Shown: positions 25,040-35,937 of the stretch, one piece after another
Position numbering within the stretch: position 1 is the first letter of the stretch
Layout of the letters: every line of letters starts with the position of its first letter
From: Mytilus californianus
Lineage: Eukaryota
Reading direction: 5' to 3'
Length of the DNA: 64,000 nucleotides
Assembly: GCF_021869535.1 (NCBI RefSeq)
Contig: NW_026262723.1
Location: forward strand, 80,414,001 to 80,478,000
The notes under the pieces: model-generated
What the model was told of the DNA's origin: nothing
The model's input: the letters and a program-made list of their open reading frames with translations, nothing else
Databases searched by the model: none
Program-made: the position numbers and the translations under genes

Positions 25040-25678
25040 CAAAACATAGATTTCTTAATATAGTCTAGAAATTATATTTTCTTACCATTTAATCTCTTGA
25101 CATAGTTCCCATTATATGCACAGACCTGATTGAAATCATATCTCAATTTTGCAAAACAGTAAAGTATAATTGTTTTGTTCATTCATGTCATTTGTATGTT
25201 TTTCGGAGAAAAAGAAGTAGTCAAAGGATCAGTATGGCATTAAAATGATTGATTTTAATATTATTGAATTGCTTAAAAGTTCATCCAATCCTTACCCCCT
25301 ACGATGTGCATTCAGATCTTACATCAGCGCCAAACAAATTCAACGGAGCAATGTGAAATATCTGATTTTGAGTATTTGTATACCCGACATGTATATAAAA
25401 AAGGAAATGTTATATGATTGCCAATGAGACGACTACCTATACATACATTGGTATATAATTGAATCTATGTTAGATGTATCAGCATGATACTTTCAATGAC
25501 TACAACTCCGTTGTTTTTCTGCAGAAAGAAAGTTATTGGTAATGTTTCAAAGCATCAAGATTTCATCAAGTAGAAGTTAATTATTGGAAATTTCTCTCTG
25601 TGATCTACTTTTCATACATATTACATTGACTACTATTGACAGAAAAAATATGTTTTATTATATTAATATTTTCTACAG

Positions 25679-25807
25679 GAAATCATACATCTGGATTCTA
25701 CTATGGCTGTTTTGGAGACAGTACAGAAAGCAGAGATTTGTCTCATCACAAAGAATTTCCAGAAACAAACTCTCCTAAGAATTGTATAAAATATTGCACT
25801 AATGGAG
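25679..25807 (+). CDS. XYLT: XYLT exon 3/11 (WSC domain, first half)
   Basis: ctacag acceptor. YYGCFGD...NSPKNCIKYC. Phase 1/1. Confidence 0.9.
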
Positions 25808-26228
25808 GTACAAATGTAATCTCTAATCTTGATGAGGTCAAAAGGATCTTCTATTTTGTAAATGTTGATTGATTGGGGCTTTAATCTTGTAGTTTTTGCA
25901 AGATATCTACTTTTTGGCATACTCAATTGAATAAAGAGATTCTAACATTCAGCTTGGATTGTCTATACATAGCTAGCAGAACAAAAAAGTGTTACATTTA
26001 GATTGGCATACATTGATTCTTAAAAATAATGAGATTTTAAATGATTATTTCATGAAGTAGAAATACATTTTGCTTTTTATAGAAATGAATAATATAATTT
26101 TTCAATGTTATTTTCATTTTATATTTCATTGGTTGAAAAGCCGCAACTTACAGAATTTACAGAAGTTTCATATTAAAATGTTAATTAGCGGTAGCAAATA
26201 AAACAGCAAATGTTTTCTGTATTGATAG

Positions 26229-26396
26229 GTTATTTATATGCTGGTTTACAATACATGAAGGAATGTTGGTGTGGTGACAGATTTGGTAAGCATGGTAAAG
26301 TGGACATATCATTGTGTAATAACCAGTGTCCTGGGGACCCATCTAAACCATGTGGTGGTTACCAGGCTAACAGCATCTATACAACTGGATTAGGAG
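26229..26396 (+). CDS. XYLT: XYLT exon 4/11 (WSC domain, second half)
   Basis: YAGLQYMKECWCG...CNNQCPGDPSKPCGG, a WSC signature. Phase 1/1. Confidence 0.92.
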
Positions 26397-26930
26397 GTAG
26401 GCCATAGTGTCACTTGGAACTTTCTGCAGTAATAACATGTATAACATAAAGTTAACAGGTAGTTGTGGCACAGCTATTGAAGGAAACTGTGACTGGCATG
26501 TAATGTCTACTTGCTAAATAGCATTTGTACCAAATAATGCATTAATGTTATGGGCCCTTGGCAAACTCATAGAAGTTAATGAAAATTTCCAAGCAAATAG
26601 AACGTAGAAAAGCTTGTTAATATTCTGAAAAAATGATATATGTAACTATTGTACTTTCTAAGATTTAACAAAATTAATATCCTGCAGATAAATGTACATA
26701 TGAAAATTAATTTAGCCAAAAAAGGACAATAATACGACTTAAGAGTACCTTTTCTCAAAACCCTATTCTGCAAATTTTCCTGTAAAACAATATATTGCGA
26801 CTAACATTTCTTTAGCTATTAGGCAAGTAGTGAATACATGTTATTGCCAGTGAAATTTATTTTTAACGGATATAAAATTTGTAAATGTTCACAAAATTCT
26901 TTTAATTAATATAAAGATTTGAATCATACA

Positions 26931-27187
26931 TACATTGTGATAAATAGCTGTGAAGACCTAAGCTAATCATGACACTGTGATGTACATTGTGATAAATAGC
27001 TATGAAGACCTAAGCTAATCATGACACTGTGATGTACATTATGATAAATAGCTGTGAAGACTAAGCTTAACATGACACTGTGATGTACATTGTGATAGAT
27101 AGCTGTGAAGACTAAGCTAATCATGACACTGTGATGTACATTGTGATAAATAGCTGTGAAGACTAAGCTAATCATGACACTGTGATG
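26931..27187. repeat. Minisatellite, 51-52 bp unit, ~5 copies
   Basis: Tandem tacattgtgataaatagctgtgaagac(c)taagctaatcatgacactgtgatg. Confidence 0.95.
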
Positions 27188-27199
27188 ATATTAAACATC

Positions 27200-28517
27200 T
27201 TATTATACCCCACACAACGAGTTGCTGAGGGTATAATGTTTTTGACCCGTCCATCTGTCCGTCCGTCCGTCAGTCCGTCCGTCAGTCCGTCAGTCCTGTT
27301 TCTTGTCATCGCAACTCCTCTCAAACCACACAACAGAATTTCACGAAACCTTTTTAGATAATAAGGACATACTATGTAGTTGTGCATATCGACAGGAAAT
27401 TACGATCTATTTGTTTTTCTAGGAGTTACGCCCCTTTGAACTTATTTACTTTAATGTACTACTGCAACAGTTTGTCATCTCAACTCCTCTGAAACCAAAC
27501 AAAAAAATTTCATGAAACTTTGTAGATAATAAGGACATACTACGTAGATGTGCATATCGTCAGGAAATTACGATTCAATTTTTTTTCCAGGAGTTACGCC
27601 CCTTTGAACTTATTTGCCCAATATACTACTGCAACCTTTTGTCATCGCAACTCCTCTCAAACCACACAATAGAATTTCATGAAACCTTTTCAGATAATAA
27701 GGACATACTACGTAGATGTGCATATCGACAGGAAATTACAATTCAATTTTGTTTCTAGGAGTTACGCCCCTTTGAACTTATTTGCTTCAATATACCTCTG
27801 CAACAGTTTGTCATCGCAACTCCTCTGAAACCACACAACAGAATTTCATGAAACTTTGTAGATGATAAGAACAAACTAGGTAGATGTGCATATCGACAGG
27901 AAATTATGATTCAATTATTTTTCTAGGAGTTACGTCCCTTTGAACTTATTTACTTTAATGTACTACTGCAACACTTTGTCATCTCAACTTCTCTGAAACC
28001 ACACAACAAAATTTCATGAAACTTTGTAGATAATAAGGACATAGTACGTAGATGTGCATATCATCAGGAAATTACGATTCAATTTTTTTTCCAGGAGTTA
28101 CGCCCCTTTGAACTTATTTGCCCAATATACTACTGCAACCTTTTGTCATCGCAACTCCTCTCAAACCACACAATAGAATTTCATGCAACCTTTTCAGATA
28201 ATAAGGACATACTACGTAGATGTGCATATCGACAGGAAATTACGATTCAATTTTGTTTCTAGGAGTTACGCCCCTTTGAACTTATTTGCTTCAATATACC
28301 TCTGCAACAGTTTGTCATCGCAACTCCTCTGAAACCACACAACAGAATTTCATGAAACTTTGTAGATAATAAGGACATACTAGGTAGATGTGCATATCGA
28401 CAGGAAATTATGATTCAATTTATTTTCTTATACAATTTTTTTTTCTTACAGTTATTTTATTTCTCCAGTGACAATGTGGGGACGTGGGGTATGTGAGCGT
28501 GCTCACTAAGGTTCTTT
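27200..28517 (+). mobile_element. HINE-like element family E copy 1 with internal 167-168 bp tandem array
   Basis: ttattatacccc...gagggtataa 5' inverted motif, (GTCC)n tract, 6 full core repeats, 3' ggggtatgtgagcgtgctcac hairpin. Homologous to 34071-35198. Confidence 0.85.
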
Positions 28518-29288
28518 AATTTTTCATGTTTTAAGATACAACATTTCTTTGATGATTTATACAGCAAAAACATTTTTGGCAACCCCTTATAAATTTTATA
28601 TCAATAAAACAGAAATTTCATGAGCATAATGATTATGTTGTCACAACTTGCTGCATAGCAAAAGACTAAGAGCTACATGAAGGTTACATTGTGCATTGGA
28701 CTTTCACTGCAATTTTGTGTCTGTCTGACATCTTACGTTGATACCAATCCAGGAAATCTATGATTTGACAACTATAGGGTTGAATTTTTTTATACCCTTA
28801 TTATAAGTTATATATATTAAAAAGTTTCCACACATTCAATGTTGTTCCTTCAGATGTCTGCAAATCTTTTTCCAATTGTTGATCATATGAAGTAAATATT
28901 GTTTATATAAAATAAGGAGATGTTGTATGATTATTCCGTGAGATAACTATCTTCTAAAGACCAAATGACTCATATGTGAACAATAATAGGCCACCCTATG
29001 GCCTCCAACAATGCACAACTCCTATACTGTGTAATTAGCTACATGTATAAAAGGCACATGAAGACAAAAAGTGATGCAATTGAAAAAGAAAATTTACAGT
29101 CTGATTTATAATACAACAATATATTTCAACAATTATGGCAAACAGCACCCAGCAACATGATAATTTTTTTAGAACAGATTAAAGAAATAATTACTGAGAA
29201 AATTTCATAGTTTCATAAAACAAAATAAGTTATACCCTTACCTCTATAATCTATAAAGTAATGCAGTAAGTTTCGGCATTTTTCACTG

Positions 29289-30268
29289 TTTTTATACGAC
29301 CGCAAAAAATTTTGCGGTTGTATATTGGTATGACGTTGGCGTCGTAGTCGTCGTCCTAAGACACATTGGTTTTCGCACTCTAACTTTAGTTTAAGTGAAT
29401 GGATCTCTATAAAATTTTACCATAAGGTTCATTACCACAAAAGGAAGGTTGGGATTGATTTTGGGGGTTATGGTACCAACAGTTAAGGAATTAGGGGCCA
29501 AAAAGGGGTCAAAAATAAGCATTTTTGTAACTTCCAGACATAACTTGTGTGTTAGTGTATGGATCTCTCTGACATTGTACCACAAGGTTCCATATCACAA
29601 AGGGAATGCTGGGATTGATTTTGGGGGTAATTGCCTCCGAGTTTTTGGAATTAGGGGCCCAAAAAGGGGCAAAAAACAAGCATTTTTCTAGTTTCATGAC
29701 AATAGCTTGTGTGTAAGTGTATGGATCTTTTTGAAATTGTACTACAAGGTTCCATATCACAAAGGGAAAGCTGGAATTGAGTTTGGGGGTAATTGCCCAA
29801 AACGTTTAGGAATAAGGGGCCAAAAATATGCATTTTTCTAGTTTCCAAATTCCAGACAATAACTTGTGTTTAAGGAATATGGATCTCTATGAAATTGTAC
29901 TGCAAGGTACCATACCACAAAGGGAAGGCTGGGATTGAGTTTGGGGGTGATGAATCATAAGGGGGTTCAAAAAATTTGGGGGGGGATTTTTTTTTCCCTT
30001 TTTTCTTTAAAATTTTCCTTTTTAAATTGGTTATTTCTGATTTATATATAAAAGCAAATAATAATGATATGGTTTGAATAGGTAAATTAAATTTTTTTAA
30101 GTTCTTAGACCACATTCATTCTGTGTCAGAAACCTATGCTGTGTCAAATATTTAATTACAATCCAAATTCAGTGCTGTATCAAGCTTGAATGTTGTGTCC
30201 ATACTTGCCCCAACTGTTCAGGGTTTGACCTCTGCGGTTGTATCAAGCTGCGCCCGGCGGAGCATTTT
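29289..30268 (+). mobile_element. HINE-like element family F copy 1 (short form)
   Basis: tatacgaccgca 5' subTIR, accgca-aaaaattt-tgcggt hairpin, (GTC)n, internal repeats, 3' tgcggttgtat plus hairpin. Homologous to 35938-38825. Confidence 0.85.
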
Positions 30269-30380
30269 ATTTTTTGTTTTTTTGGTTTTGCTCAAAGTGA
30301 ATTTAGTAGAGATACAGTGATTCTTTGAAAAATGACCCTGTTGGTGAAATGAATATATTGACACTACCTCTTTTTTGTAG

Positions 30381-30544
30381 CAAAAATAAAGACCCCAGTT
30401 GAGTTATTAGGACCTATGATTCAAACCAAAAAAGTGAAAATTGTCTTTGTTTTGACCTTGAATGGTCGTGCTGTCAGACAGGTTAGAAGGTTATTGAAGG
30501 CCATCTACCATAAAGATCATTTCTACTATATTCATGTTGATATT
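30381..30544 (+). CDS. XYLT: XYLT exon 5/11
   Basis: [35 protein letters not shown], the start of the GT14 domain. AG/GTAAGT boundaries. Confidence 0.95.
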
Positions 30545-31410
30545 GTAAGTATTATAAGAATTTGAGATAGTTATTAAGACACTCATATAGTTTATTTATA
30601 AGTACGTGTAATTTAAATGCAGAAATGTTTGCATGCATTTATTATTGCCTTTCTTGAACAATGAACACTAATGTGAGATAATATGTTGAAATTCTGTATG
30701 GAAAGAATGCTATTAGAATTTGAAACAAGACTTTTTTTTGCAAAACCTATTATGTTGCAACTTTTTTAATAATAATAAATACATTGCAAAAATTTACAAG
30801 TTAACTAATACATGTAACTGCAAATATTGCAATGCTGTTTAATCTGTCTTTTTATTTCATGTTTATAGACAATGCAAATTCAATGCATGTGAACACTTTT
30901 ATTCTTTAGTTAGACATATTTATTGAATAATACACATAGCAATTACTCTGACATTAATGTATAGTCTAGGATGTAAACTTTTAATTATAATTCCCTGATT
31001 ACTGGAAATGATGTAACAGAAATTAGCTATTTAAAATAATGATTTAAAATTTAATAATTATTTACTCATTTGTTGCAATTAATAATTAAAACATAAATAC
31101 AGATGTATTTACACTTGTATGCTAATTTGTTCGCCATTACTTAAAATTATACAAGTTCCTGCAAAATTTTGCAAAATTTTGCATCGCAATTTAAAAAAGT
31201 TGATATCACAACCAAAAAGGTATTGTTAACCTAAGAATTCAGCTAAATACCAAAAGTGTAAATTTGTCTATAATTCTGAATATGCCATATAAATACTATT
31301 TTTTATTGCTTTAAAAATGCAAAATGAGTACATCATGAAGCTTTCTACCATACAATTTTATCTGTAAAATGTGTTATTTTTACTAAATTTGAAAGATTGA
31401 TATTTTTCAG

Positions 31411-31613
31411 AGACAACAGTATTTATACAATGAACTGTTACCATTAGAATCAATGTTACCCAATGTAAGGCTGACAAGGAATAGGTTTGCTACCATATGG
31501 GGAGGAGCAAGTTTACTACAAGCCCACTTAGCATTCATTAAAGAACTTCTAGAAATGACCGACTGGACGTGGGACTATTATATCAATCTAAGTGAAAGTG
31601 ACTATCCCATAAA
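31411..31613 (+). CDS. XYLT: XYLT exon 6/11
   Basis: TIWGGASLL...WDYYINLSESDYPI. Confidence 0.95.
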
Positions 31614-31813
31614 GTAAGTATAAACACATGGCTACATACAATTTCTCATCACATTTGATATTTGTGAGCAATTAATACTTTTTATAGTTGTTTTTGTAAT
31701 CTAACTTTGATGATGGACGTCAAACATTTTTTATGTGCCAAAAAAATTTTGGACAGGTTCATAAAAACTTGATAAATAATGATCATGATGATATAATGAT
31801 TGTATATTTTCAG

Positions 31814-31894
31814 AAATTTAGACACACTTGTGAATTTTCTGACGAGATACAAAGGAAAAGTATTTCTGAAATCCCACGGCAGAGACACACCAAA
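31814..31894 (+). CDS. XYLT: XYLT exon 7/11
   Basis: LVNFLTRYKGKVFLKSHGRD. Phase 2/2, GTGAGT donor. Confidence 0.92.
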
Positions 31895-32174
31895 GTGAGT
31901 ATAAAATGCACTGTGAACAGTTCAGATTATTTTACACAAACCATTAACCTGAGTAATTCTTGAAATATAATTTACGACAAATGTCTTGGTGATTTACCAC
32001 TTCTTATTGTGACAAAAGACTTATAAAAGTTCACACAATACCTTACTTCAAAAATCTCCTTGGAGGATAAAACCAGATCAACTTGTAAAGATATTGCATT
32101 CTCATATAGTATTTTGTTATGTAAATCTTTTACATTTTCTCAGTATTAGTAATGAGACGAAATTGTAATTGCAG

Positions 32175-32388
32175 ATTTTTGAAAAAGCAGGGACTTGACC
32201 AAATTTTTCATGAATGTGACAATCATCTTTGGAGACTTGGGCCTAGGGAACTGCCTGATGGACTTCGATTTGATGGAGGAAGTGACTGGTTTGGATTACA
32301 CAGAAAGTTCTGTGATTATGTAATAACTTCAGATCTTTTATTAGATGGACTAAAGGAATTCTATAAGTACACATTACTTCCTGCAGAG
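32175..32388 (+). CDS. XYLT: XYLT exon 8/11
   Basis: [20 protein letters not shown]...DGGSDWF...YTLLPAE. Confidence 0.95.
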
Positions 32389-32869
32389 GTAAGAAAATCA
32401 ATTTAGTAATTCATGATCATAGTCTTATGAATAAATATAAAATATATGGTAAAAGTTAACAACATATTTACAGGGAAGTACAGTCTCCAGAAAAAGACCA
32501 ATGTCCAATCTGTATGTCAAACTCTAAAATCAAAACAATATTGATTTATAGACGAAAGAGGAAATTTAAAACAACAACACAAATGAAACGAGACTGATCC
32601 TGATGAAATTTCAACAACTTGGTCTTTTGCAGAGAACTACAGCTTATTTTAATTTTGAGAATTATGGCTTAATCTGTTTTCAAAAAGAGGGTAAAAAGTG
32701 GCCCAAAACAATGTTTCAATAGTTTTGATGATGTGCAGCACTCATTTTCTCATCAGATTTTGGTGCATTTTTGTTTGACTCCATCCTGGAATATGTCATA
32801 TGAATTCCTATATCAACAGATTTGATGAAGCATTTGCAGGTTCAGATATTAAAAAAGTCAAATTGGTGT

Positions 32870-33755
32870 TAATCCCATAAGCTTTCATATGTCCATTGTC
32901 CTTGACCTCATTTTCATGGTTCAGTGACTACTTGAAAAAAAAGTCAACATTTTTTGTAATGTTTATTTCTTTCTTATGAGTAATAGGATAACTATATTTA
33001 GTATGTGCTTACCTTGCAAGGTCCTCATGCCCGTCAGACAATTTTCATTCACCTCAACCTCATTTCATGGATCAGTGAACAAGGTTAAGTTTTCGTGGTC
33101 AAGTCCATTTATCAGATACTATAAGCAGTAGGTCTACTATATTTAGTATATGGAATGATTGTAAAGTGTACATGTCCAACTGGTAGGTGTCATCTGACCT
33201 TGACCTCATTTTCATGGTTCAGTGGTCAAAGTTAAGTTTTTGAGTTTTGGTCTTTTTTCTAATACTATATGCAATAGGTCAACTATATTTGGTGTATGGA
33301 AATACATGTCAGTCTCACAGGTTTTATTTGACCTTGACCTCATTTTCACAGTTCATTTCTCAGTGTTAAGTTTTTGTGTTTTGGTCTGTTTTTCTTCAAC
33401 TATAAGCAATAGATCAACTATATTTGTTGTATGGAAAGATTGTAAGGTGTATATGTCTGTCTGGCAGGTATCATCTGACCTTGACCTCATTTTCATGGTT
33501 CATTGGTCAATGTTAAGTTTTCTTGGTTAAGACTGTTTCTTAGAAACTATAAGCAATATGTCAACTATGTTTGGTTTATTGAATGATTGTAAGGTGTACA
33601 TGTATTTCTCGTTTGGTTTATCTGACCTTGACCTCATTTTCTTGGATCATGTTAAGTTTATGTGTTACCTGTAGTAAAGCTTTATATTTAGGACTATCAA
33701 CATAAAATCAATGGTTAGTAAAGAAGGCAAGACATTTCAGCGTGTGCACTCTTGT
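32870..33755 (+). mobile_element. HINE-like element family G (5'-degraded) with internal repeats
   Basis: Repeated gaccttgacctcattttcatggttca units. 3' ggcaagacatttcagcgtgtgcactctt end. Confidence 0.6.
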
Positions 33756-33783
33756 TATACTTCATGTATGATTTTATTTTCAG

Positions 33784-33960
33784 TCATTCTTTCATACAGT
33801 CCTTCAGAACAGTATTTTCTGTGATAAATGGATGGACAACAATCTTCATGTAACAAACTGGATCAGAAAGAAAGGTTGTAAATGTCAGAATAAACACATT
33901 GTGGACTGGTGTGGATGTTCTCCAAATGATTTCAAATCTACAGATTTACAAAGACTTATG
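33784..33960 (+). CDS. XYLT: XYLT exon 9/11
   Basis: [11 protein letters not shown]...[30 protein letters not shown]. Donor GTGGGT. Confidence 0.95.
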
Positions 33961-34070
33961 GTGGGTAAACCTTTGCTGGCATATCATTATTGAAATTACT
34001 GTAAACTAACTTATTTTAGTGAATACTTTATTCCTCGATTAGGCATTTCTTGTGATTTATTTGTGACGAT

Positions 34071-34079
34071 TTATTATAC

Positions 34080-34124
<45 letters not shown>

Positions 34125-35198
34125 CTCTGTCTGTCCGTCCGTCAGTCCTATTTCTTGTCATCGCAACTCCTTTCAAACCACACAACAGAATTTCACGAAA
34201 CCTTTTTAGATAATTAGGACATACTATGTAGTTGTGCATATCGACAGGAAATTACGATTCAATTTTTTTTCTAGGAGTTACGCCCCTTTGAACTTATTTA
34301 CTTTAATGTACTACTGCAACCTTTTGTCATCGCAACTCCTCTCAAACGACACAACAGAATTTCATGAAACCTTTTCAGATAATAAGGACATACAACGTGG
34401 ATGTGCATATCGACAGGAAATTACGATTCAATTTTTTTTCCAGAAGTTACACCCCTTTGAACTTATTTGCCAAATATACTACTGCAACTTTTTGTCATCG
34501 CAACTCCTCTCAAACCACACAACAGAATTTCATGAAACCTTTTCAGATAATAAGGACATACAACGTAGATGTGCATATCGACAGGAAATTACGATTCAAT
34601 TTTTTTTCCAGGAGTTACGCCCCTTTGAACGTATTTGCCAAATATACTACTGCAACTTTTTGTCATCGCAACTCCTCTCAAACCACACAACAGAATTTCA
34701 TGAAACCTTTTCAGATAATAAGGACATACTACGTAGATGTGCATATCGACAGGAAATTACGATTCATTTTTTTCCCAGGAGTTACGCCCCTTTGAACTTA
34801 TTTGCCCAATATACTACTGCAACCTTTTGTCATCGCAACTCCTCTCAAACCACACAACAGAATTTCATGAAACTGTGTAGATAATAAGGACATACTACGT
34901 AGATGTGCATATCGACAGGAAATTACGATTCATTTTTTTCCCAGGAGTTACGCCCCTTTGAACTTATTTGCCCAATATACTACTTCAACCTTTTGTCATC
35001 GCAACTCCTCTCAAACCACACAACAGAATTTCATGAAACTGTGTAGATAATAAGGACATACTATGTAGATGTGCATATTGACAGGAAATTATGATTCAAT
35101 TTTTTTTTCTGATACAATTTTTTTTTCTTACACTTATTTTATTTCTCCAATGACAATGTGGGGACGTGGGTTATGTGAGTGGCTCACTAAGGTTCTTT
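34071..35198 (+). mobile_element. HINE-like element family E copy 2 with 168-bp array
   Basis: Same ends as 27200-28517. Unit spacing 34363 to 34531 is 168 bp. Confidence 0.85.
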
Positions 35199-35937
35199 AA
35201 TATTTACATTACTTTTTACTTGTGGATTTGGGAAAATAAATTGCTTGCAAAAATTAGTTGGTTTGCAGAAACTTTAACATTTAATCTAATATGATATGCA
35301 TGTAAATCAAATACCTGTGTAAATTGAGAGCCAGGCTGAATTATAAGTCTCACATGGACAAACTTTTTTAAGTGTAAAGACTATGCCATACAGTTTTTAT
35401 TTTTTTTTTTTGTTCAGAGTCAGTGCATAGTACATGTAGCTACATTCAGATTTTTTTGTATCAAATATAGAAAACATGATTGGCAATCATGTGAGTCAAA
35501 AATTTACTCTTTATTACCAATTAAACCTAGCCTTGCTTCCATGACAAAATCGTTGCTGCTACAACTTGCTATAAATGCAAATTTCATATATACTGAAAAA
35601 AAAAGGAATGCACCACCTCCATTAGTTTCTCTGAAGTAAAAATTTCTTTTGCATTTAACTTTTTTAAAAATGATTGAAGTGAGTCAAAATTTTGATACAA
35701 TGTGTCTGAGTCATAAACATCAAATTCTGTGAAAAATGAGAATTTCTTAATTTAATTTTTATATCTCAAAAAACACATTTTTACCCAAAAAAAAACAAAA
35801 AATGCTGCCAAATTTGTGTAAGCTGAAAGTGTGTGTACCTTTTACCCTGAAAACAAGGAAAAGATTTTGGTTTTCAGTTTCTTTATCGAATTCTTGTCTA
35901 TTGACCAATTTGAAATCGACTTATCTTAGACTTTTAA

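Noticed and set aside
34234-34884. 216-aa and 143-aa repetitive ORFs
   Set aside because: By-product of the 168-bp (multiple of 3) core repeat of a HINE-like element in an XYLT intron.
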